Positions 48,493 through 56,125 of a DNA stretch of 57,474 bases are shown here, piece by piece. The notes beneath the pieces are model-generated. The model was not told the origin of the DNA. It did not search any database and saw only the letters and a program-made list of their open reading frames with translations. Both the position numbers and the translations under genes were made by a program. Every line of letters starts with the position of its first letter. Position 1 is the first letter of the stretch. Source of the stretch: Thermoleophilia bacterium (GTDB lineage Bacteria; Actinomycetota; Thermoleophilia; UBA2241); the NCBI GenBank assembly GCA_016933475.1, contig JAFGAW010000279.1, forward strand, positions 1 to 57,474, given 5' to 3'.

Positions 48493-49374
48493 CTACTCAC
48501 GGACCGTCAGGTCGAGGCCGTTGTACCACTTCTTGGACATCTCCGTGAGCGAGCCGTCCTCGTGCATCGTGGCGATGGCGTAGTCGAGCAGCGCGACCCA
48601 GTCGGTCTCGCCCTCGGCGACGGCGAACGCGAGGTCCTCGTAGTACAGCGGCGAGCCCGAGAACTCGAACGCCTGGCCCTCGAGGATAGCCTGCTGGCCC
48701 GTGGGGCCGGCGGTCATCACGAAGTCGAGGTTGCCGTTGCGCAGGTCCGGGAAGGTGTCGGCGTCGGTCGTGTAGGTCTTGACCTCAGCCTCGCTCTCGC
48801 TCTTGAGGAAGTCGTAGTAGGTCGTCGCCGCGCCGACGCCGACCGTCTTGCCGGCGAGGTCTTCGACGCCGGTGATCTGCGGGCCGCCTTCCTTGACGAA
48901 CACCTGGCCGGACGTGAAGTAGTACGGCTGGGTGAAGTCGATGGTCTTATCGCGCTCCTCGGTGATCGTCATCGAGCCGATCGAGACGTCGAAGCGGCCC
49001 TGGTTGAGGCCGGCCGGGATGGTCTCCCACGCCGGGTTCTCGAACTGGACCTCAAGGCCGAGGATCTCGCCCATCCTGAGGGCGACGTCGACGTCGAAGC
49101 CGACGAGCTCGCCGGTCGCCTCGTCGATCGAGCTCTGCGGCGCGTAGTTGGCGTCGTTGGCGACGATCACGGTGCCGCGCTCGACGATCTTCTGCGCCAA
49201 GCCGGTGGGCTCGCGCCCGAGGATCTCGGCGGCACGCTCGGCCGCGCTCCCCGTCAGCGCCGTCTCCTCGGCGGCCGGCTCTTCGGCCTCGTCGCCGCAG
49301 GCGGCCAGGGCGAACATCGCCACGGCCGCGAGGAGGACGACCGTCCCCAAGATGAACCACTTCCCCTTGCTCAT
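48493..49374 (-). CDS. Polar amino-acid ABC substrate-binding lipoprotein (SBP family 3)
   Basis: LAAC lipobox, DANYAPQS, GFDVD, SMTITEER...DFTQPYY, DGSL..MSKKWY. Confidence 0.92.
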   Translation of the reverse strand: MSKGKWFILGTVVLLAAVAMFALAACGDEAEEPAAEETALTGSAAERAAEILGREPTGLAQKIVERGTVIVANDANYAPQSSIDEATGELVGFDVDVALRMGEILGLEVQFENPAWETIPAGLNQGRFDVSIGSMTITEERDKTIDFTQPYYFTSGQVFVKEGGPQITGVEDLAGKTVGVGAATTYYDFLKSESEAEVKTYTTDADTFPDLRNGNLDFVMTAGPTGQQAILEGQAFEFSGSPLYYEDLAFAVAEGETDWVALLDYAIATMHEDGSLTEMSKKWYNGLDLTVRE

Positions 49375-49586
49375 GCTCCGTCCTTTCGATGATCTTCATC
49401 CCGTCCGCGCGCGACGCGACCTGGGACGGCCGCCGCCGCGCGTGCGACCCCCGCCGCAGACCGGGACTTACCGTGCCGCCTCTCCCCCGAGCGGCATGTG
49501 TCTCGATTTATACAGCAAGGAGGCGAGAACACAACCGCAGCAGGCTCGCCGGCCCTGCGACGGCCGAGCCCGAGGCGGTTCATACC

Positions 49587-50987
49587 TCACCCCAGCAGGC
49601 GCCGCAGCCGACGGTCGACGGCCGGTGCAAGGGCAGGCGGCTCATGCGTGCGGAGCAGATCGAGTGCCAGTTGCGCAGCGCGCGCGCGCGACGTCGGTGC
49701 GGCGGAAGTGGGCTCGACCAGCGGCAGCGCGAGCGAGGCCGACGCGCGCCCCTCCTGCGCCGCGACCGCGGCCGGTGGCCCTCGCCGGGCGGGTCGCGCG
49801 AGCGCCGGCTCGGGCGTCGCGCCGCCGAGTCCCGCCGCCACGGCGCGGGCGCGCTCGGCGACATCGACCGCGAGCAGCAGTTCTTCGCAGCTGAAGATAC
49901 GCCCGCCGGAGACCATCCCCACGCCGGTCAGCATATCGACGCCGGCGAGCAGTGACAGGTACGTGGTCGTGGCGTCGTCGAGGGCCGACTGCCACGAGGG
50001 CTCCTTGGCGCCCGACGAGTTGACGCCGCACTGTGTCGGGAGGCCGTAGTAGCGCCCTATGTCGGCCGTGGCGGCGCCCATCACCGTGTCCTCGGGCGCG
50101 CCGCCGGTGAAGTCCCCGGTCTTCAGGTCCATGACGCTGGGGATGAGGCAGATGAAGACCGGGGCGCCTGGAGCCGTCGCCTGGACGGCGGCCACGGCGC
50201 CCAGCGTCTCGGCGATGCCGACGACGAGGGAGCCGGCCATCGTGATCGGTGTGGTCGAGCCGCCCATCGGCATGCTGACGAACCCGATGGGCACCCCGGC
50301 GGCGGCGAAGACCAGACCGGCCTCTAGGGTGCCCTCGTCGTTGCCCAGGGGGGTGACCGTGCCGAGCAGGGCCGAGACCGGCGGCTCCGCACGCAGGCGG
50401 TCGTCGTCGTCGCCACAGAGAGTGCGGGCCATCTCGACCGCGACCGCAGCCTCCTGCGGCTCCACGACCGTCACGGTCTGCACGTGCTTGCCGGTGTTGG
50501 CGACGGCCTCGTAGAGCTCGTGGAGCCCGCGGACCTCGGCCGGCCGGTCCTGGGCGCTCACCGCCGGCCAGCAGAAGTCGACCGCCGGCAGGGCGTCGAC
50601 GAGGCGGGCGATCGCCGCCACGTCGGCGGCCGTCGTCGCCCGCTTCTCGCCGCTCTCGGGGTCGTAGATCTCGACGCAGCAGCCGTCCGTGGTGAGCAGC
50701 GAGCCGGCACCGGTCACCAGGGGACTCCCGGCGCGGGCGCCGAGCGTCAGCCGACGCGGCGCCCGCCCGACGAGCTCGCGCACGACGCCGGGCGGGATCG
50801 TGACCCGAGCCCCGTCGGCCGCGGCGCCGGCGGCGACGAGCGCCTCTCGGGCCCGCGCCGAAGGCACGCTGAACCCGACGCCGGCGAGCACGTCGAGGGC
50901 GGCTGCGTCGAGACGTCGCAGGTCGTCGTCGCCGAGGATCCTGAGGCGCCCGGCCGCGCCCGCGGCAGGGCTCTGCGTGTGTGTCAT
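49587..50987 (-). CDS. MttB-superfamily methyltransferase (non-Pyl), paralogue 7; eroded C-terminus
   Basis: NTGKHVQTVT, VTPL, GGSTTPITMAG, DLKTG..GGAPED. The conserved GPGG..FL..HT segment is replaced by Ala/Pro/Arg-rich sequence. Confidence 0.85.
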   Translation of the reverse strand: MTHTQSPAAGAAGRLRILGDDDLRRLDAAALDVLAGVGFSVPSARAREALVAAGAAADGARVTIPPGVVRELVGRAPRRLTLGARAGSPLVTGAGSLLTTDGCCVEIYDPESGEKRATTAADVAAIARLVDALPAVDFCWPAVSAQDRPAEVRGLHELYEAVANTGKHVQTVTVVEPQEAAVAVEMARTLCGDDDDRLRAEPPVSALLGTVTPLGNDEGTLEAGLVFAAAGVPIGFVSMPMGGSTTPITMAGSLVVGIAETLGAVAAVQATAPGAPVFICLIPSVMDLKTGDFTGGAPEDTVMGAATADIGRYYGLPTQCGVNSSGAKEPSWQSALDDATTTYLSLLAGVDMLTGVGMVSGGRIFSCEELLLAVDVAERARAVAAGLGGATPEPALARPARRGPPAAVAAQEGRASASLALPLVEPTSAAPTSRARAAQLALDLLRTHEPPALAPAVDRRLRRLLG

Positions 50988-51183
50988 CGTCCACCCTCCA
51001 CCAGCACGGTGTCGGCGCGGGCTCGCGCGCGCCGTGCAGAGTACACCACGCCGGGCACGACGGCACCCGAGAGCGAGAGACGCGTAAGGGTCGTGCCGGA
51101 CCGGCTGGGTCCGGCCCGGGCGAAGGTGCTCAGCGTACTGCGCCGGCGGAGCCCCGCCGAGACCCTGCGGTACACTGGGCCGC

Positions 51184-51975
51184 GTGAGCCTGCCGGCACA
51201 GACATCGTCGCCGCCCCGCAGCGGTCGCCGCGCGCGGGCACGCCTCCTCGGCGACGTGCTGCTCCTCGTCGGCGGCCTGCTGCTCTCCTATCCTTACTGG
51301 TCGTCGGCCTACGCCCACGTCCAGCAGGGCCGTCTCGAGGACACGTACGAACGCGCGGCCGAGTCGTTCCGCACCACGGTCGCCGACCCCGCGGAGAGGC
51401 CGCGCGGCGTCAGCCAGGAGGAGCGTGCGCGCCGGCTTGCGATGGCTTTCGCCGACACGCTCGAGACCGGCGACCCGGTCGGGCGGCTCAAGATCCCGGC
51501 GATCGACATAAACCGGACGGTGCAGCACGGCGTTCGCGGCCCGCAGAGCCTCGACCCCGACGGCGACCGTGCTCTGCTGCGCAGCGGCCCCGTGCACTAC
51601 GGCGACACTCCGCTGCCCGGGGCCGGCGAGCCGTTCGCGGTCTCCGGGCACAGGACCACGTACGGCGCGCCCTTCAACCGCCTGGGCGAGCTCGAGCCCG
51701 GCGACACGATCTTCGTGGACACGCCATACGCGCGGTTCCGCTACACGGTCGCCAAGCTCACCGTCGTCGAACCGACGGACACCGGCGTGCTCCTCGACCG
51801 CGGCTATGGCCTGGTGCTCACCACCTGCACGCCGATGTACAGCGCCAGCCACCGCCTCATCGTCTGGGCGAACCTGCGCTCGTTCACCATCTACGGTGAG
51901 CGCTCGCGGCCCTCGGCGGGTACTGCCGGGCACCCCGTGCCGGGGTCGTCAGTCAGCCCCGCGGCCGGCCCCTGA
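51184..51975 (+). CDS. Sortase (class E-like)
   Basis: N-terminal TM, GRLKIPAI, SGHRTTYGAPF (His), LTTC (Cys), HRL (Arg). GTG lies 7 nt after TACACT. Confidence 0.92.
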   Translation: MSLPAQTSSPPRSGRRARARLLGDVLLLVGGLLLSYPYWSSAYAHVQQGRLEDTYERAAESFRTTVADPAERPRGVSQEERARRLAMAFADTLETGDPVGRLKIPAIDINRTVQHGVRGPQSLDPDGDRALLRSGPVHYGDTPLPGAGEPFAVSGHRTTYGAPFNRLGELEPGDTIFVDTPYARFRYTVAKLTVVEPTDTGVLLDRGYGLVLTTCTPMYSASHRLIVWANLRSFTIYGERSRPSAGTAGHPVPGSSVSPAAGP

Positions 51976-52093
51976 TGGGGGGGCGCCGCGGGCCATCGCC
52001 CCCACGCCGTCGGGCACATCACGGCCACCGCCCCGGCCCGGCATCTCCGCGCACGGCGGCGCCGGCCGCCGGGGGAGTCCACGGGCCGCGTTC

Positions 52094-53320
52094 TCAGGCG
52101 GGGTAGGGCGGCCGGTCTTCCGCAGAACCTTCGAGCAACTGCACGGTGAGCTCCTGCCCGGCCGGCCCCCCGGGGTGCCTCCCGGGGACGATGGCGAGGC
52201 CCTGGGCGAGGGCCATCGAGCGCAGGATCCCCGAGCCTTGGGGACCAGTGGTCGTGAACCGCCAGCCGCCGCCTTCGCGAGCGAGGCGGCAGCGGCGCAG
52301 CTCGGCGCGCTCCTTCGCCGCCTTGACCGGCTCGGCCGCCGCCGCCGTCACGTACGGCCGGTAGAGGTCGAGACGGCCCTGCAGGGCGAGCAGCGCCGGT
52401 CTGATGTAGAGTTCGAACGAGACCATCGAGGCGACCGGGTTACCGGGGACCCCGAAGACCAGCGTACCCTTGCGGACCCCGAAGGCGAGCGGCTTGCCGG
52501 GCTTGGTCTTGACCCCCCAGAAGCGCCGCTCGACGCCGAGGTCATCCTGGACCTGCTTGACGAAGTCGAACTCGCCGACCGAGACGCCGCCCGAGGTGAG
52601 CACGACATCCTGCTCCAGCGCGGCGGCCAGGAGCCGACGGGTCTCGGCGGCGTCGTCGCGGGCGATGCCGAGCAGGATCGGGTCGCCGCCGGCCTCGAGC
52701 ACCTGTGCGTACGCCGTGAACGAGTTCGAGTTGCGGATCTGGCCCGGCGCCAGCGGCTGGCCGGGCGCGACGAGCTCGCTGCCGGTCGCGAGGATCGCGA
52801 CGCGCGGGCGCCGCGCGACGGGCAGCGTCTCGACGCCCACCGAGGCGAGGAGCCCGATCTCCGCCGGCCCCACCCTGTCGCCCGGCCCGAGGAGCCGGTC
52901 GCCGGGCGCGAGATCCTCCCCGGCGAGACGCACGTTGGATCCGGGCGCCGGCGGATCGGCGACGAGGACGCCGGCCTCGAGAGCCACGGTGAGCTCGACG
53001 GGTACCACCGTGTCGGCGCCGGGAGGCAGCGGGGCGCCGGTCATGATCTTCGCCGCCTCGCCGGCGAAGAGATGCCGAGCACTCGGCCGACCGGCCGGGA
53101 TCTCGGCGACAACAGCGAACTCGCGACGGCCCTCGGCGAGGTCCTCGCCGCGCAGCGCGAATCCGTCCATCGCCGAGTTCGCGAAACCCGGTACCGCCTC
53201 GGGAGAGAGCACGTCCGCTGCGCAGGCACGCCCGAGCGCCTCGAGCAGGGGCACACGCTCGGCGCCCAAGGGGCGGACCTCAGCGAGCACCGCGTCGAGG
53301 GCTTCATCGATGCCGATCAC
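52094..53320 (-). CDS. moeA: Molybdopterin molybdotransferase MoeA
   Basis: NSAMDGFA, IMTGAPLP, TGSEL, SGGVSVGEFDFVK, KPGKP, PGNP. Confidence 0.95.
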   Translation of the reverse strand: MIGIDEALDAVLAEVRPLGAERVPLLEALGRACAADVLSPEAVPGFANSAMDGFALRGEDLAEGRREFAVVAEIPAGRPSARHLFAGEAAKIMTGAPLPPGADTVVPVELTVALEAGVLVADPPAPGSNVRLAGEDLAPGDRLLGPGDRVGPAEIGLLASVGVETLPVARRPRVAILATGSELVAPGQPLAPGQIRNSNSFTAYAQVLEAGGDPILLGIARDDAAETRRLLAAALEQDVVLTSGGVSVGEFDFVKQVQDDLGVERRFWGVKTKPGKPLAFGVRKGTLVFGVPGNPVASMVSFELYIRPALLALQGRLDLYRPYVTAAAAEPVKAAKERAELRRCRLAREGGGWRFTTTGPQGSGILRSMALAQGLAIVPGRHPGGPAGQELTVQLLEGSAEDRPPYPA

Positions 53321-53396
53321 GCGCCACCTCCGCCGTCGCCTCCGCGGCCTCCCCCGAGGGCCGACGCGCGGAGTCTCTTCTGCTTACACCAGCGAG

Positions 53397-53424
53397 TCAA
53401 CCACGCCTGAGGCACAACCGATAG
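53397..53424 (+). promoter_or_regulatory. Putative sigma28-type promoter
   Basis: TCAA-N16-ACCGATAG upstream of the FlgM-like small ORF. Confidence 0.6.
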
Positions 53425-53456
53425 CGGGAGCGAGGGGCATGGAGAGGAGGACGAGG

Positions 53457-53642
53457 ATGACGCTGCCCGACAGGAAGGACCCGCGCGTACACCGCGACCC
53501 TACCGGCTCGCGCACCTGTCGCGTCATCGCCTTGAAGCACCTCGTCTCCCGGCAGGCTTACGACGTGCCGGCCGAAGACGTGGCCGACCACATCATCCGC
53601 GACGCCCTCGTGCTGCCCGCGCCCCCGCGCCCCGACGACTGA
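53457..53642 (+). CDS. Small (61 aa) FlgM C-terminal-like protein (putative anti-sigma28)
   Basis: ATG after GAGGAGG. RVIALKHLVSRQAYDVPAEDVADHII resembles the FlgM sigma28-binding motif. Not called separately in the ORF track. Confidence 0.6.
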   Translation: MTLPDRKDPRVHRDPTGSRTCRVIALKHLVSRQAYDVPAEDVADHIIRDALVLPAPPRPDD

Positions 53643-53946
53643 CGAGGGCCAAGCCGACTGCGAGGCCGAGCAGGTCGAGCACGAGATCGCGCACCTCGAA
53701 GCTCCGCCACGGCAAGGCCGCCTGCAGGAGCTCGGTGCCCAGCGCGACCGCCACCCCCACCGCTACCGCACGGGTGAGGGCCTCGCGCGCGCCGCGATCG
53801 CGACGCGCGGCCGCCAGCACCAGCATTCCCAACACGATGAACTCGGCGAAGTGGGCGACCAGCGTGACCGTCGACTGACGATCGCCGACTGTCGCCTCGA
53901 GGGCGCCGCGGGTCGGCAGCGCGGCGAAGACCAGGACGGCGGCCAC
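53593..53946 (-). CDS. VanZ-family membrane protein (start probably further upstream)
   Basis: AHFAEF..LG, TELLQ..LPWR....RDL..D..G. Confidence 0.75.
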   Translation of the reverse strand: MAAVLVFAALPTRGALEATVGDRQSTVTLVAHFAEFIVLGMLVLAAARRDRGAREALTRAVAVGVAVALGTELLQAALPWRSFEVRDLVLDLLGLAVGLALVSRRGAGARAARGRRG

Positions 53947-54071
53947 GTACAGGCGGGCCGCAAGGACGACCGGGCCGGACTGCGCCCCGGCCGGCGGAGA
54001 GCCGCTGGCTGGAGAGCCGCCGGGTGGATAGCCGCCGGGTCGCGACGAGAGGGACGGCCGTTGGTGAGTGT

Positions 54072-54818
54072 TCAGCGGGGCTCCCGTCGCCGGCGCCCGA
54101 AGGTCTCTTCACCGTCGTGGACGAAGACCGCGACGACGCCGTCGTGCACGGTGATCCTCGCCTGGCCGGCCACGGCGTTGCCCAAGCCGAGACAGGCGTC
54201 GGCGGCTAGGACGCCCTCCCGCAGCGGGTAGGCGAGGCCTTCGAGGGTCACGCGGGCGTCACCCTCCAGCGGCGCCAGCGAGACCCTGGCGCCGGCCGCC
54301 GCGTCGAGGTCCACAGCGGCCGGCGCCACGAGGGCCGTCACACAAAGCCGGGGCGAGACGATGCGCGCCGCAGCTCCGCGACGGGCGGCGCGGCGCAGGA
54401 GAGCGAGGTGGCTTACGACGTGGTCGAGGCCGCCGCCGAGGGCCCCGGCGAGCATGAGCTCGCCGGGGCCCTCGGCCAGCGCGGCCTCGACCGCCAGCTC
54501 GCCGTCGGTCGCGTCCTTACGTACTGGATGACGCTCGACGCGCACGCCTGCCCGCTCGGCGGCCTCGACGTCGGCCGCGCCGAGCGAGTCGAAATCGCCG
54601 ACCAGTACGTCGACGCGGACGCCGTGCGCAAGCGCAAAGCCCAGCCCGCCGTCGGCGGCCACGACGAAGCGCGCCTCGGCGCACCGGCGCCGGTAATAGC
54701 CGGCGTCCTCGTAGTCGCCGTCGAGCAGGACGAGGGCGGCGACCGAGCCCCGGGGCGGGGGTTCAGCGGGGCGCCCGGTGGGCGCGCCAGACGCGCGAGG
54801 CCTGCTGCCAGCGGGCAT
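54072..54818 (-). CDS. thiN: Thiamine diphosphokinase
   Basis: VAADGG, VGDFDS, PVRKDATDGELA, GALGG.LDH. Downstream of thiT. Confidence 0.9.
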   Translation of the reverse strand: MPAGSRPRASGAPTGRPAEPPPRGSVAALVLLDGDYEDAGYYRRRCAEARFVVAADGGLGFALAHGVRVDVLVGDFDSLGAADVEAAERAGVRVERHPVRKDATDGELAVEAALAEGPGELMLAGALGGGLDHVVSHLALLRRAARRGAAARIVSPRLCVTALVAPAAVDLDAAAGARVSLAPLEGDARVTLEGLAYPLREGVLAADACLGLGNAVAGQARITVHDGVVAVFVHDGEETFGRRRREPR

Positions 54819-55450
54819 CACCGGCGATCCCCGGCGCGCGCCGGGTACGCAGCGTCGTAGGCGCGCAGCAGCGGCCACAGCAAGAGGGCCGAGAGAATGA
54901 CCTCAGGCACCAGGTAGAGCAGGTTGTAGGTGAGCGCGTAGAGCCAGGGAGCCTCCCAGTGCGGCGCGTACTCGGCGAAGAAGACGAGCCCTGAGAGGAA
55001 GTGGAAGAGGAGGCGCCCCGCGCCGGCGACGGCCACGGCCGCAAGGAGCTGGAGTGCGCCGCGTCGGCCGGCGACGGCGCCGACGCGCACCAGGCCGGCG
55101 AGCGAGACCGCCATGAAGGCCAGCGGATAGTCGAGCAGCGCCTGGGCGGGGTGGAGGACGTACGCCCCCGGCAGACCGAGCTGGAGGACGCCGTAGAGGA
55201 GCCCCGCGGTCAGCCCGGGGACGACCCCGCGCCGCACGGCGACGAAGACGAGCGGGAGCAACTCGAGGCTCACGGAGCCGCCCTGCGGCATCACGAAGAG
55301 GCGCACCTGGCCGAGCACGGCGGCGAGCGCCACCGCGACGGCGATCTCGGCGACCGCAGCGACCCCCCAGCGTGTCGGGTCGGCGTTGAGTCGACCCCGC
55401 GGCCCCGCCGGGGACCTACCCGTCAACGGGGCGTGGGTGGGGCTGGACAT
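54818..55450 (-). CDS. thiT: ECF thiamine S-component ThiT
   Basis: MPQGGSVSL, RRG...GL.AG, HPAQ.LLDY, HFLSGLVFF.EYAP, W.Y.L.YN..Y. Preceded by a TPP riboswitch. Confidence 0.93.
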   Translation of the reverse strand: MSSPTHAPLTGRSPAGPRGRLNADPTRWGVAAVAEIAVAVALAAVLGQVRLFVMPQGGSVSLELLPLVFVAVRRGVVPGLTAGLLYGVLQLGLPGAYVLHPAQALLDYPLAFMAVSLAGLVRVGAVAGRRGALQLLAAVAVAGAGRLLFHFLSGLVFFAEYAPHWEAPWLYALTYNLLYLVPEVILSALLLWPLLRAYDAAYPARAGDRR

Positions 55451-55457
55451 CACGATC

Positions 55458-55583
55458 ACTCCCTTCGCTGGCATTACCCAGCAACGCCCCGGAGGGCGCC
55501 GCCACCTCGCGGTGGTCAGGTTCGACGCGTCGGCGCTAGGAAGCGCCTTCTCAGCTCCTCGTCCAGGAGCTCCGCAGGACACC
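55458..55583 (-). ncRNA. TPP riboswitch (variant with two hairpins inserted between P4 and P5)
   Basis: GGAG...GCTGAGA...GAACCTGA-[CCACCgcgaGGTGG CGGCGCCCtccgGGGCGTTG]-CTGGGTAATGCCAGCGAAGGGAG. Its 3' end overlaps the thiT RBS. Confidence 0.88.
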
Positions 55584-55713
55584 TTGATGATACCCCCTCA
55601 GCCCACTTCGCGTCGTCGGCGTTCTCGCGGGCCCGGGGGTACGCTCCATGCAGCCCGCACCCTCGACAGCTCACGGGCACGTTCCACGCCGGCCGTGTTC
55701 TTCCGCGCCGTCC

Positions 55714-56037
55714 TGTGGAGAGTGTGGAGAAGTCGGGTTTCACGCGCACACAGGCTCACGACTGTCGTGGAAAAGAGGTTCACGACCATGGATGCACTTG
55801 ACAGCGGCATGCTCTCGCCGGGAGTGCCCAAAGACCGTTATTTCCAGGTGTTTTCTCGTGCGGGGCCCCGAATGTGGGGCGTTGCGACGGCATCCGGGTG
55901 CGAATCAACGCCGGCCGTGCGGCCCGACGACCGTCACCCCGTCGTGGAACGGGCTTATCCACAAGTCCCGCAAACTCCGCACGTCGGCGCGGTCTACGGG
56001 GAACGCTTTCCACACATCCTGAACAGGCTGTGGACAA
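55714..56037. other. DnaA-box cluster (oriC region)
   Basis: TTATCCACA 55955-55963, TGTGGACAA 56029-56037, TGTGGAGAA 55723-55731, TGTGGAGAG 55714-55722, CGTGGAAAA 55766-55774, CTTTCCACA 56006-56014. About 1 kb upstream of dnaA. Confidence 0.8.
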
Positions 56038-56125
56038 CCGCGCAGTTTCGCCTGCAAAGACTACTTCCGCGGGGTTCCACGAACGGCCGGGCGGCGGCGG
56101 CGGCTCTGCTATACTCACGCCCCTC

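Noticed and set aside
49375-49520. Lysine riboswitch or T-box in the amino-acid ABC leader
   Set aside because: The leader has GC hairpins but lacks recognisable L-box or T-box consensus motifs.
55584-56125. rpmH or another CDS in the origin region
   Set aside because: No MKRTxQP-type ORF is present. The region is better explained by DnaA boxes and promoters.
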